A stretch of 64,000 nucleotides of DNA from Octopus sinensis (GCF_006345805.1 NC_043016.1:27900001-27964000); one strand, 5' to 3'; shown: positions 1-13,848, numbered from the stretch's first letter. A program made the numbers and translations. The notes: generated from the letters alone by a model not told the origin.

Positions 1-2840
1 TGTCAACTTACATTGTCATTGTTGTTGTCATCATTGTCACCACTGCCGCTGCCATGGCCATTGCAGCAACCACCACCACCACCATTTGCCGCCGCCGCCG
101 CCGAGTGTAATGGGTGCTTTCTTTTTATGTGGTACCAGCACTGGTATGGTTACCAAATAACTTGTGAGACAAAGACACCTCAACTGAGAGAGGGAGTGGT
201 ATTGAGGAAGATGGTTTTGTGTTAGGTGATGAGAGGTTAAATTAGGATAGAAACAGGTGTCTTACTGTAGAAGTGTTACATGGCAACTCCAGTACAAGAA
301 AGAAAAGGTACCAGGGTATACCCACCCCCAAGGTACAAGGAAGTGAATCTAAGTGTAATGTTATAGAGTATTGGACAGGGTGAGTGAGCAAGGGAGTAGG
401 GAGTTGATAAGAGAACAAGAGGAGAGTGGGAGAGTGGTGAACATGGGACGGTAGGGGATCAGCAGGATAGAAATAATACAGTTTGCAGGAAGAGGACGGG
501 CGACAGATGACAAAGCAGCTCTGGGTTATAGGAGCAGTGGGGGCAGGGGAACAAGTGTGGTGCATGATGAGAAGCAGTTTAGTTTATTGAGATGAGGTGG
601 GGTAGAGTGAATGATTGTAGTGCATGTATGGGTGTAGAGTACTCAATACATGGCGTTTCCAGAACTCAGTTTTGCTGAGGTGGATGGGTCTTCTCAAAAA
701 CTTTATATTGCAATATATAGTTCTTTCATTATCTCCTCTCTAAAACTCAATGTCTTGAGATTTGTTCTCTGTACTCCATCCCATATCTTCCTGGGTCTCC
801 CTGCTTCCACAGGCTCCATCCACTTCAAGTGATCAGCATTTCTTTATACATTAATATCCCAGACTGAGAAAAAGTGAGACGGTGGTGATATGCAAACTAC
901 AATGGTTTACTTTAACCTAGATACCTCTGTAGCAGTGCACTCATTATTATACAGACAAAATAAAATAATTTTGTAACATTTATTTTTTTTCTTGTATGTG
1001 GTTTGCAAGATTCTTTATCTGAATTCATGTATTGAAGCATATTTTATTGTGTCTGGGGAGAGTCATTCTCTTTTAGTGCCTTACTAATTTTACACACTCA
1101 CCGGTCTGATTTTCACTCAGTGAAAAATAATAAGTGAGTGGAAATCAGACCAGTGTGTTAGAATAATAAGGCACTAAAAGAGAATGATTCTTCCCAGAGG
1201 CAATAAAATTATAATATTTAATTATTATTAATATAATTAAAAATATATAATAATAAATGTAAGGTTACATATATATATATATATATAATCCTCCTCCTCC
1301 TCATCATCATTATTTAATGTCTGTGGTCCATGCTGGAATGGGTTGGACTGTTTGACTGAAAACTGGTAAGCCATGGAGCTGCACCAAGTTCTGATCTGAT
1401 TTGGCAAGGATTCTACAACTGGATGCCCTTCCTAATGCCAACCAACCCAAGAGTGTAGTGAGTGTTTTTTTACATACTGCTGGCATGCGTGCCAATGACC
1501 TTACACTGGCATCAACCACAACTATGGTTTCACTTGGCTTGACCGGTCTACTACACAAGCATGGTATATTGCCAAAGGTCTTGGTCACCTGTCACTGCCT
1601 CCATGAGGCTCAACGCTTGTATGGTGCTTTTTACGTATCACTAGCATGGGTGCCAGTCAAATGGCACACACACACACACACACACAGAACACTATACTAT
1701 ATGTATAATATTTTATCGTACAAACATTTAAAGCAACAGGAAAGGACTCTCACTCCATGTGGGTCCTATCAACATGATGATGACAAGAAAGAAAGAAATC
1801 TAAAGACATTGACAAAGAAGTCAAATATTTTCCAATAAAATAAACTTTGTTGAGTGGAAATAAAGAATTTGATTTCTCTAACAGTGTAGGTAATGTGTTT
1901 GAGGACTTGTCATCATCTAAAGCAGTGGACTGGCAAAGCATCTGACAAAATCCCTACAGTATTCAGATACAGCCCATTATATTCTGAATTCAAATCCCAT
2001 TCATGCTAATTTTGTCTTTTATCCTTCCATGGCCTATAAAATAATGTACGGGGACGTAAACACACCAACGCCAGTTATCAAGCAGTGGTGGGGAACAAAC
2101 ACATACACAAAGACACACACACATACAGATATATATGTGTGTGTGTGTGTGTGAGACAGGCTTCTTTCAGTTTCTATCTACCAAATCCATTCACTAGGTT
2201 TTGGTCAGTCTGAAGTTATAGTAGATCACACTTGCTGAAGGTATCATGCAGTGGGACTGAACCCAGGACCATGTGGTTTGGAAGCCAGCTTCTTACAATA
2301 CAGCCATGCCAGTACCTATGTTACATATCTTTAGAACTATCTTTATATTTTCTCAACTCATCTCAATCTGCAGAAATTAAAATTGAAACAGGAATTCTAG
2401 GAAAGCCTAAGTTATGAGCTCTGTCTGTCTTTCTTTGATTAATTTATAAGAAAATTTTTCTGTTTATGATTCAGAAAAATGTCAAAATTCTTTCCTCTTA
2501 ATTTCAAAGGTTCAAAATTATTATCCAAATAATTCCACAACATTAATTTAGCTTTTATTTGACCTTCCAGATGGCTTTTATTTTATTTTATTTTTATTTT
2601 CAGATAAAGTTTCATTCAGTAGTCATTTCTAAGTTAATCTCCTTGACCTAAAAAACAAGCCATGGTTATAACTTGTTACAGGATACTAAAATATTCAATA
2701 TGAAAAAATTTATTATAAATGCCTTGAAATCCAGAAACAGTAATGAATAAAGGAAGAGTGTATCCTTCAAAGCAGGGAACAAAAGGATTTCTGCCTTTTC
2801 AAAGGTTTTGCTTCATTGGGAATGGCAGAACCAAAGGGTC

Positions 2841-3020
2841 TCATGTTTCTTTCCTTTCCTCTGGTGATAAATCATATCTTTTTATGGTACCAATGTTTGT
2901 GAGTAAGACCATGGCAATTAGCAGATGAGGAATCAGTTTGTCCAACGGTTCAGTAACAGTGGGGGCAGGTGCACCCTCTAAATATTTGTGGAGGACAATG
3001 AAAATGCTTTGAACATACTC
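2841..3020 (-). other. Tentative terminal exon (3' UTR, or coding EYVQSIF...ERKET*) of the divergent transcript
   Basis: gtttttcag acceptor, 59 open codons in phase 0, minus-strand AATAAA at 2709-2714. Confidence 0.25.
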
Positions 3021-3312
3021 CTGAAAAACTTCATCACCAAAACAAACAAGTATAGAAACATTTTCAGACTGATTTGAAACATTACTCTTCAACAACAACA
3101 ACAATGATAATAATGATGATGATGATGATGATAATGATCTTGATGAAATTAATAATAATCTGAGTTCAAATTCTGCTGAAGTCAACTTTGCCCTTCATCT
3201 TTTGGAATTGATAATTTAAATACCAGCAAAATACTGGGGTTGATGTAATCAACTAGTCTCCTACTGCACAAAAAAAATCAGGCTTTGTGCCTTAAGTAAA
3301 AAAGATGATGAT

Positions 3313-3350
3313 GATTATTATTATTATTATTATCATAATTATTATTATTA

Positions 3351-3409
<59 letters not shown>

Positions 3410-3443
3410 TATTATTATTATTATTATATTATTATTATTATTA
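3313..3443. repeat. (ATT)n microsatellite
   Basis: Direct inspection; TA/TG tracts also at 14580-14700, 15208-15272, 32518-32582 and 60474-60667, and a GA tract at 6186-6260. Confidence 0.95.
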
Positions 3444-3444
3444 A

Positions 3445-3660
3445 GGCGATGAGCTGGCAGAATCATTAGCATATTGGACAAAATACTTAGCATATATTTC
3501 ATCTGTCACTACATTCTGGGTTCAAATTCTGCCACTGTCAACTTTGCCTTTCATCCTTTTGGGAGTCAATAAATTAAGTACCAGTGAAACATTGGGGTCC
3601 AGGTAATTGGCCAGTCCCCTTCCCCAAAATCTCAGGCCTTGTATCTAAAGTAGAAAGGAT
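3445..3660 (+). mobile_element. tRNA-derived SINE with Nin-type central domain
   Basis: ggttcaaattc B box and gcctttcatcctttt...aagtaccag domain; partial copies near 1925-2045, 3158-3305 and 7358-7555. Confidence 0.75.
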
Positions 3661-5480
3661 TATTATTATCATACCTGTATTTGTTTAGATGTTAAGTTTG
3701 AAAAAAATTGACCTTACTCTTTTATTTGTTTTAGTTATTTGACTGCGGCCATGCTGGAACACCAACTTTAGTGGAACAAATCGACCCTAGGACATATTCC
3801 TTGTAAGCCTATCTAATTGGTCTCTTTTGTTGAACTGCTAAGTGACGGGGACATAAACACACCAGCAGTGGTTGTCAAGCGATGGTGGGGGGGAACATAT
3901 ATACACACACAACAGGCTCCTTTAAGTTTCTGTCTACCAAATCCACTCACAAGGCTTTGGTCAGCCCAAGGCTATAGCAGAAGACATTTTCTCAAGGTGC
4001 CACACAGTGGAACTGAACTCGAAATCATATTGTTACCAAGCATGCTACTTACCACATAGCCATTCCTGCACCTGATAAGCCACTCTGTCTTTATAAAAAA
4101 AAATTTGAACTTGTGTTTGCACCTACTAAGCTAATTTCATTCCTGCACTTATGAGTTTATCTAGCTTTAAACAGATACCATAATTAAAGACAGCTAACAT
4201 ATCTAACCATAGACACTAGTTAACAATTGAGTGTTTTAATACTTTGAAGTATTGAGATCAAATCTTAACCAGACAACTACATCTGCACTTATATAATTTC
4301 TCTTTTAGGTTCCAAAACAGACATTCCATATTTCTATACATTTGGAAAAATTGCTCATGCTGCATATACCTAGCTTTGAATGTTCTGTGCATTGCATTCC
4401 TCTAGTACTCCCACTGTCTTTGACATTACTACTTAATGGACAGTGGGTTGGTGCTTGTTAGTTATTTGGTATTGGTCTTTTATATTTATTTGTAAATACA
4501 CCATACAGTTCTTGACATTTACTGTCCATGTTTCACTACCACACACCATACACAATAGGTCTGTAAATTATAGTTACGGAAAATATGAATCAAATACCAT
4601 ATTTATTTGTATGTATCATACTTCTGTATAATGTACACCAATGATTATGAGCTATGAAACCTTTTGTGTATAATATGCATAATTTTCTCTCTTTAGTACT
4701 ATGATATATAGAAAGAGAAATATTCAGTCAAATGTATTATAATTGCATTATAAAAGTTCACAACCTCAAAATTTGAAAGTGACATTTGAACTTTGCCAGT
4801 ATAGGTTGCAAAATCTCCAAGTGAAAAGCCAATTAATATGGAAGGATATAAAAGACAATAATGTAAAATGTAAACACTTGCATTAAACTACCATTTAAAT
4901 ACATTATGTTCACTCTCTCAATAAAAACATATGTAATGACAGTATGCTATAAGAATAATTTCAGGAATAAAACTATTTATTTTTGCTATATTACCATTCT
5001 GAAAATGATAATGTCAATATATTACCTTTATTGATTATTTATTACTTTAATTATCATATGGAGTAATTAAAGTTTAACTTTCAATATTGACACCTGTTTT
5101 ATTCTGGCCTTTCATATTGAAGGTGAGTAACCCTAATTCTACAGAAAGTATGTACCATGTATACCAAATATTTAATAATTATCAAATATTATAATAATTA
5201 ATAATGAATGTAACTAATTAACTTTTCTATTCATGCTATCTTGAACATGGTAATGCTCTGAACAGGAAAATGGTAACATTTGATTTCATGAATAATGTGC
5301 TCCATTTGTATTTAGGTTTTTGAAGAAAAATGCTCTTTTATTTTTTAGGCAAGTAGTTGTGACTTGATGGTGCTGCTGTATTCTGTCTCCAAATGCAGCA
5401 GTTCATTCTCATCAGGTAATGAAGCAGCTCCTGTAGGTATTGGCCCCTTCCGTGTATAAATATGGTTAGATGTAGCTTAC

Positions 5481-5574
5481 AGAATTATGGTTTTGTTGTA
5501 CAATTTTGTACAAGGTAGTTGTTCCTAAATTGGTGCAATGTTCTTGAGTAAGGACTTGGATATGGACATGCAAG
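5481..5574 (-). CDS. Tentative exon of the divergent gene (LACPYPSPYSRTLHQFRNNYLVQNCTTKP*)
   Basis: Long T-rich tract plus ctaag acceptor, gtaagc donor; unique sequence; stop at 5487-5485 in the preferred frame. Confidence 0.35.
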
Positions 5575-5855
5575 CTTAGAGACATTAAAAATACAAAAAA
5601 TTCATAAAAACAATAAAAAAATCACAACAATAAGGATGTCTTCTTAGGCAGCATGCAGGAATTCAGAACTGCATAATCAATGCTAAAAATGACAGCAAAG
5701 AATCATAGAGCTTTGATAAATTGATAAGATCATCCAAGGTCCTTTGATTGTGACATTCTGATTTACCCCTAAATAGTCATATCAGGATTAAATAAATATT
5801 TTGGTATAAAATTCATATATTATACTATACAGTGTATTATGTAAATATGATTATA

Positions 5856-6102
5856 AAAAATAAATGCGCCCTTTTTAAAGCCTAGCCAGGCTCATGGGCC
5901 CGGTTTCTATGGTGTATGTGTTCCCCAGCTGGACGGGACACCAGTCCATCACAGCGTTACTCATTTTTGCCAGCTGAGTGGACTGGAGTAACGTGAAATG
6001 AAGTGTTTTTCTCAAGAACACAACACGTTGCCCGGTCCAGGAATCGAAACCACAATCTTGATCATGATGCTGACACCCTAACCACTAAGCCATGCGCCTC
6101 CA
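5856..6102 (-). mobile_element. tRNA-derived SINE with probable 13-bp TSD
   Basis: Head GGAGGCGCATGGCTTAGTGG (A box) and GTTTCGATTCC (B box); imperfect TSD at 5843-5855/6104-6116; degenerate + copy at about 13657-13830. Confidence 0.85.
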
Positions 6103-7975
6103 CAAATCTGGTTATACTTATTGTAAAATTTATATTACTGAAAGTTAATTAGTTAATTCCAAGTAGTCTTATATGTAAATAATATGAGAGAGAGAGAGAG
6201 GGAAAGAGAGAGAGAGGGAAAGAGAGAGAGAGAGAAATAGATAGAGAGATAGAGAGAGAGTGTGTGTGTGCACATATGTGTGTATGTGTGCGTGTGTGCA
6301 CATATAATTATTTGTGCATCCATGTATGTGATGTATGTGTGTGTTTTCTAGTTGTTCAAAATCTGAATATTATTAAAGTGAGCCAATGTTATAATCCTTC
6401 AGTTGTTAGACCTGAATATTCTTTATTCTACGTAATAGAAATTTCATATCTTCACTACAAAACAGGAACTTTATAATATTTTCACAAGGAAACAAGAGAA
6501 GAAAAGAGGAATTTGTGGCTAAATTAAATAACATGATTTTTCAAAGACAACAAACAGAGAATGAGATGATGAAGATTAAGGTATTTTGATTTGGGAGTGC
6601 CAGAGTCTAAGCTATATCACTAAATGTACTGACATTGAAAAACAGAGTGTAAAGTTACTCTATGGCAGCTAGCTTTAAAATCGATGCCATAACTGAATCA
6701 AAGAAATACCATGAATTTATAACCAGAAATTAAGCATCACAATGTATATAGTGAGTGTAACTAACACCACCTCAACACCTATAACATGAAGAATAATTTA
6801 ATGTATTTTTAATTATGCATTTAACAAACATAACAAACACAAACCTTTATTTGATGACTTTTCAGAGTTAAAAAAAAAAAGCAAGAAAGCAAACATTGAC
6901 ACCAGCATGTCTCGTTATAAATAAATACAAGCGCTGCTTACTCAACTAATTAGTTCTCCATCTGTACATACTGTAGCTTACATAATTATAACCACTGACT
7001 GTCACATTCACACAAACAGCTGTATTTTATAGTTTATTAGTTGTTCTATGCTGTCTCAGCAAACTCCGTATGAGATTGGTTGCATGAAATCTGATGAGAA
7101 CCAATGTTTGAAAATATTTATAATAAAAAAAAAGAAAAAGAGTTAAGGGAAATAGCTCAAATGGACTCATGGCAGGAATCTGAATATAGATGTTAAAGAG
7201 GTGATACGCTAAATGCTAAAACTTCTAGATAAAAGGAAATTTCTCTTTACGTTGGGGAAAAAAAAAAGCAACTAGTGGCGGTTGTTGGTAACTATCAGAA
7301 AAGGGGGAGATAACTGTAATAAATTAAGAATTAATCTCTAATTTATATCATTAGTAAGGGCAGCAAACTTGCAAAATTGTTAATATGCTACACAAAGTGC
7401 TTAATAACATTTTCTCTGTTCAAATGTCATCAAGATCAATTTTGCCTTTCGTTATTTTGGGGCAAATAAATAAATCCTAGTTGAGTACTTGGGTCAATGT
7501 AATTGACCTGTCTTCTCCCCAACAAAATTTCAGGCCTTGTGTCTTAGCAGAAAAAATTCATATAGTTAGTGATATGTAAGTTTGATTTGTCTGTTGATAA
7601 GGACAACTACGGACACATTTCAGTCTACTTAGTGTAACATACTGCAGTGTAACAAAGATTCTTTGACCAGTAAGCAAAAATGTTTTTACTTTGAGAAACA
7701 GAGTTACAAATAACTTTTTGGCCAATAAAATTATTCATAACTTTTTCTATTTGGAAAAAAATGTTGACATATGAAGGCTCGAGTATACTGTGTTGATGAA
7801 GTTTAAATAAAAGATGTCCACAATTATCCCCCTTGTCTACAAACGGCTCAAACTTACTGTGTAGCACCATGGACAGGTGTCTTCCACTGTAACCTAGTTA
7901 ATCAATGCCTTTGAGCTGAATTTTGCAAAGGGAAACCCATTGTGTGCATGTGTGTGTATACATAAATTATTTATA

Positions 7976-8162
7976 GGCCCAGGGTGTGGCTATGTGGTAA
8001 AAAGCTTGTTTCCCAGTCATATGGTTCTGGGTTTAGTGCAACTGTGTGGCACCTTGGGCCAGTGTCTTCTACTATAGCTTTGGGCTGACCAAACCCTTGT
8101 GAGTGGATTTGTTAGGTGAAAACTGAAAGAAGCCCATCATATATATATATATATATGATGGG

Positions 8163-8208
<46 letters not shown>

Positions 8209-8430
8209 CTCTGAGTCTGTGTTTGTTCCCCACCACCACATGACAACCAGTGTTGGTGTGTTTATGTCCCTGTAACTTAGTGGTTCTACAAAAGGCACCG
8301 ATACAATAAGTACCTAGCTTTAAAAAATAAGTACTGGGGGTGTGGATTCATTTGACTAAAAATTCTTCAAGGCGGTGCCCCAGCATGGCACAGTCTAATG
8401 ACTGAAACAAGTAAAACATAAAATATAAAA
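7976..8430 (+). mobile_element. Abundant octopus-type tRNA-derived SINE, near full length
   Basis: gtggctatgtggtaa head, gtgtcttctactatagc...aactgaaagaagccc core, internal TA/TG microsatellite, gactgaaacaagtaaaa tail; other copies near 2050-2316(-), 3715-4073(-), 8445-8670(-), 12965-13110(-), 24897-25040(-), 25048-25200(+), 39700-39820(-) and 51360-51660(-). Confidence 0.85.
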
Positions 8431-9500
8431 GATATATGTGTATATTCTTTTATTCTTTTACTTGTTTAAGTCATTTGGTTGCAGCCATGCTGGAGCACCA
8501 TTATAAAGGGTTTTAGTCAAAGAAATCGATTCCAGGACTTATTCCTTGTAAGCCTAGTACTTATTCAATCAGTCACATTTGCTGAACTGCTAAGTTATGG
8601 GGACATAAACACACCAGCATCAGTTGCCAAGCGATGGCAGAGGGACAAACACAGCCACACACACATATATATTTTCGTCATGATAGATCGCTAGCCACTA
8701 CACATTCTTTATTTTCTCTCCCTGCTTCTTTCTGTGTTCCTTTCTGTGAAAGAGCGTAGGCTCGAAACGTAAAGACTTTTTCACTTCCCAAGTGTTATAC
8801 TAATACATCTGTTTGTTATCTACACCACCTGTCTTTTGTTTTATTGTGAATTCTCCATATATATATATATATATATATGTATATGTATATATATGTGTGT
8901 GAATACCACCACTTGTATAATGGTAATTTTTTTTACAACCATTATATGATGTAAAGACAAGGATAGAAACACACATATATATAAAAAGATATATGCTGCC
9001 TCACTTGGTACCTGGTGCTAAATAGAACAAACTAATTTGAAGAGCATCCATCAGTTCAATAGAGCACTATGTTGATACAGTACCTGAACTGTATGTTGAC
9101 AGAGGCAATGACAGGAGACTGGGACCTTTGGAGATATGCTGTGATTGAGAAGACCTGGCAACTAAAGTGAGATCGCAGTCATGCATGTCTGGCCCTGTTA
9201 ATAATACCCCTGATGCATCAGGCATTATGATATGCTTCAGAAGATTTGTTGAGTCAAGTAAAACCAATATCGTAGCTGTGGCCAGTGCCCTCTGACTGGC
9301 ACGTAAAAAGCACCATCCAAATGTGGTTGATGCCAGGTCCACCTGACTGGTTCCCATGCCAGTGGCATGTAAAAAGCACCAACCGAACATAGCCAATGCC
9401 AGTACCCCCAGACTGGCTCCCGTGGTTGTTCTGAAAACATAGCTGCTAGAATAAGAATAGACTGGGAAAAGTTCAGAGAGTAAAATGCAGACTGTATGAT

Positions 9501-12233
9501 GAATTTTAATAACTTACTAAAAATCCTATTTGGTAGTGAAATTATTGTGCCTGTTTACTCTCAGACTTGAGATATATATACCAAAATGGGTTAAAAAATA
9601 ACTCTAACCTACATCAAGTTTATCCTAAATTTTCAATATGGTGTTGTTTTGAAACAATAACTGAAAATTTATATGAAAAACTGATTAGACTCAAAATATC
9701 ACTCTTATATTATCTTTTAATTGATTAAATGAATTTTTACTGTTTCAGATATTCACAAGGTCAACACTGAAGACTAGAGGCCAGATGTCATCCCACTTGA
9801 ACCTTTTAATTGGTACAGAGTAAGCGCTTTCTGTATCAGAGCTTCCAACTGTGAGACATTTTAAGACTTGAGTTAAAGACCAGAGGGTAAAAGCTAATGC
9901 ACAATTCAAACCACCAGTGATCATACAGTGTCAAACAATTGAACTAAAACTACTGGGATTGTGGTGGAAAGCAGTACACACATCACTTGGCAATGAGAAA
10001 TGTTTTTCTACACTCACTTGATACACTGTTCAATATTTTGAATTGCAAGTGTTCCATAGTTTCATGTTTAAAAGAGGATTATTCTCCACTAGTAAGAGAG
10101 GAAATCATTCCCACATTGGCTGTTGTTGCCCTCGTGAAAAGAAGATACCTTTTCTAGAGCTAGATTTTATAAGCTCACAGAGGACAAAGGCCGGAGACCA
10201 AAGCAGTATGCAAATGGGCTCAATTGGAGAGTAAGAGACAGATTTCTACTGGAAAAAAAGGAAAGGCCCTGTCAGAGAGAGAAGGAAGAAAAGAAGAGAA
10301 TGGAGAGTGAAGTCATACAAAAAGAAGAGCACTGCAATGATGTTTATCAGTTATTTGATAGTTCTTCTGAAGAAAATGAAGTAATGTCAGATGAAAATTC
10401 TAAAGAATATTCTGAAGAAAGGAAAATACAGGAGACATTTCAAACATTGCATTAGCTAATATTCATGAATATATTGGACTCTGTGAGGCTGCTGAAATTG
10501 CAACTGCGGCTTGGATAGATGCAGGCCATATCAGTCAAGAGGATTCATCCTTGGTTATAGATCACGATAAACTTAGAAGAGCGCAAGTAATGAGTAAGAT
10601 ATCTGATCAAGAAGAAAAAGAATTAAAAGGAGGGCTCTCTTGTCTTTTGTTTGATAGAAGAATAGATGAAACCAAAGTTATGGTTGAAGTAGACAGAATT
10701 TCCAGAAAATTTCCAGGTCCAATCAAAGAAGAGCACTACACTGTTTGCTCTGAACCTGGTGGTCAGTTTTTGTTTCATTTCACAGCTGAAGTTGAAGTGG
10801 AAAGAGAAAAACATGCAGATGTAGGTAATTGCTGATAATATTTTATGCTGGCTTCAAGAGAGAGGGCTTGGAATTTCAGTGCAGGCTATTGGTGGGAATT
10901 CAACAGCAGTGAATACTGGTTGGAAGGGAGATGTAATGAGTTACTTCGAGAAAAAACTTGAAACAAGACTTATTTGGATTGTATGCAATTTGCATACAGG
11001 TGAGTTACCTCTTCCTCACCTCATCCAGGTAAGGGATGATCCTACAAAAGCAATAATAAGTGGTCAGGTCCTCTTGGTAACATGTTGGATGAAGCAACAC
11101 AACTAGAAATAAATGCAAACTTTCCAAAGACTGAAGTAGGCCCTCCCATTCCAGTGTTGCCAGAAGAAATTGTCAAAGACCTTAGTGCAGATTAGTCCTA
11201 TGCTTATCATATTGCTCAAGCAATAAGATCAGATGAAGTACCTCAGTTATTGCCTCTATTGGAGATTAGACCTGTTAGTCACAGCCATTTGTTAACTACA
11301 GTTCTGTGCTTCTGCAGGATTTGAATTTCCAGACACCAATGGAAAGGAAGGGCTCTGAAGAATTTGAGATTAATTGTTGAATTTATAGTTGGTGCCGATC
11401 TTCTCAACTGGTTTAATATTAAACTCAATCCGAAATGGGTCGATGGTGCCAATCATCTATTGTTTCAATTGCAGCTTGTAAGAACACAAAATAAGTTGGT
11501 GAAGGATATTGTGTTACCTGTGGTGAGGAGGTCCGCATGGTATGCTTGATCAGAAGCAGTGTTGCAAGCAATGCTTTTCAGCCGATGTTCAAATCTTTGT
11601 ACTGAGGCTATAGAAACTATTCTAAGAATTAGAGGGACCCCACTTGAAGATGACCACTTGGGAGACTGTTCATTTAGTCAAAGAAAAGTTGCCCAGTTAA
11701 ATGTCAATGCCACCAAGCTGTCTGAGTTGGCTGATTTGAGTTCTGAAGCCTTGCAAAAAACCATTGACAACATCTTTAAAAAGTAAGAATCTCAAAAGCT
11801 TTAAAGACACACCTATGATAGTACCAAAATGGCCATCGCACACTCAAAGCATTAAGAAGAGCGTTAAAATGGTCACTGAAGCTGTGATTCATGTTTACAG
11901 ACACGAGAAGTAAGAGGGTTACATCAAAGCACAAGCAGTCAGCAACTGATGAAAAGAAACAACAGCAAGAAGGCTTTGACTACTTTCTAATAGTATATTG
12001 GAATGCATTATAGTATACATGAAACTTGAAACTGAAAGAAGCTGGTGAAAACTAATTACGTTCAAAATTCTCAAAACATAAATTTCAAACTCATATTGAC
12101 GTTTGTTACGAGTTATTTAAAATTGATTTTCTTTCCAGAATTTTGTTTTATATGCTAAAAAGCAACAATAAATTACTACCAAAATTAAAGATTATGAATT
12201 TTCCTATTTACTCCCCCAAATTGACGCACCCTA
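9501..12233 (+). mobile_element. hAT-superfamily (probably hATm-type) transposon with transposase pseudogene at about 9750-11990
   Basis: Fragments LLFD..DET, EEHYTVCSEPGG.FLFHF, IGG(N/D)STAVNTGW, IVCNLHTGELPL (CxxH), and PSHTQS.K.SVK.VTEA; right terminus TTGACGCACCCTA; many stops and frameshifts. Confidence 0.8.
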
Positions 12234-12925
12234 ATGCCTGTGTATGAACAGATATGCTACATAGCTGTGACTACTGAGGATATGCTAAGGCTTGAAAGAA
12301 ATGAAGGTAGTATGTTCCACTGGATGGGTAATTTCACTGTGCATGTATGACAGAGTGCAAGTGATTTGAGAGAAAAACTGGGTATACAGGGCATCAAATG
12401 CAGTGTGCAACAGAGAAGATTGTGGTGGTATGGTCTTGTAATTCATATGAATGAAGACATGCTGATCTCTAATTGTGGAGGGAACATGTGGAAAGGGTAG
12501 CCCCAAAAAGACGTCAGATGAAGTTGTTAGAAAGGATCTTTAGACAGTGGGCGTCATAAAGGGGATGACAGGGGATCAAGACACCTGGCAGTTTGCTGTG
12601 CTTCAGAAGACAGTCAAGCTAAGTAAAATTGTGGTTATCCTTGAATATAGGCATGTCCCTTGCATCATTCTTTAGCTGAGCATTTCTAATCTTACAGGCT
12701 TGTGCTTGTGGACTGTAAAAAGTATCCATATTGGTGCCATATGAAAGCACCTGAGCCAGTGTTGTATAAAACCACTTAGAACACTATGTAAATCAGTTGG
12801 CATTAGGAAGAGCGTCCAGACATAAACCTTGCCAGAACAGTGGAGCCTAGTGCGGGCCTTGGCCTCACCAGCTCCTGTTGAACCATCCAACCCATACCAG
12901 CTTGGAAAACAGACATTAAATGATG
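12234..12925 (+). mobile_element. RTE-clade LINE 3' portion (continues the piece at about 9425-9500)
   Basis: Decayed LERNE.SM..WM...LREKLG...RRL.WYG...G.PKKT.DEVV.KDL, then the conserved tail ggcattaggaagagcgtccag. Confidence 0.8.
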
Positions 12926-13243
12926 TGTTTATATATATATATATATATACACACTCAAACATGCATCAGGCTTGTTTCAGTTTCCATCTACAAAATCCAA
13001 AGGACTCTAGTTGTCTGCAGTAAGAATACACCTTACCCAAGGTATCATGCAGAGGGACTGATCTAAAACCATGTGGTTGGGAAGCAAATTTCTTAACCAT
13101 ATAGCCATGTCTATTGAATCTATTATATATATATATAACAAGAGAGACAGAGACAGGCAAAAACAAGGAAAATGCCACTTGTATTTGAACACTATACAAA
13201 TATTCTTTTAATTTTTCCAAATTTAATTGTTTTTCATACTTAC

Positions 13244-13275
13244 AGTTGAAAAAGTCTCAATGACTGAAACTGGTA
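13244..13275 (-). CDS. Tentative 32-nt microexon of the divergent gene
   Basis: catttcag acceptor and consensus gtaagt donor on the minus strand; frame-compatible with the flanking candidate exons. Confidence 0.4.
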
Positions 13276-13848
13276 CTGAAATGTTTTTTATATAATTATT
13301 TTAGCATTTCCTATCTTGACTTTTTTTTCCATATATATATATATGGTTAGAAAGTTCACTGGACAGTCATGAGATCCCATGCTCAGTTCCACTTCATAGT
13401 TTCTTCAGCAAGTTTCATTGCCATATATCCATCCAAGAATTGTGAGTGGATTTAGCCACAGACTGTTTAGAACCCTGTCATATAGACTACCATAATTAAA
13501 AGGTCCACCCTTATTACAATTGCATCATGCTGATCCTAGAGAATTACATTAAGGATACACATGTCTGTAGAATACTCAGAGTGCTTAATAAATCTCTTTG
13601 GTCAAGAGACTGGGCACTCGTGCACCAAAGTCACTTGGAGAATACATTATATATAGTGGAGTAAGCTTAGTGGTTAAGGTAATCGTAAGATTGTGGTTTT
13701 GTTTCTTGGACTGGGTGATACATTATGTTCTTCAGCAACACAGTTCATGTCACATTGCTCAACTTCACTCAGCTGGCAAAAATCATTGTTCCTGTGAAGG
13801 ACAAGTGTCCTGTCCAGTGGGAAATATATATACAGTGAGTGTAATCAG

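Noticed and set aside
2950-3020. THAP-like VCSKHF motif on the minus strand
   Set aside because: The frame closes after 22 codons and the upstream C2CH residues are not identifiable.
6030-6102. tRNA gene
   Set aside because: A and B boxes are present but continue into a SINE body with a tail and TSD; no clean cloverleaf.
7091-7125. Hammerhead-like CTGATGAG...GAAA
   Set aside because: No stem I complement can be formed.
7625-7870. 81-aa ORF as an exon
   Set aside because: Lies within a degenerate inverted-repeat element (about 7590-7842) and lacks convincing splice sites.
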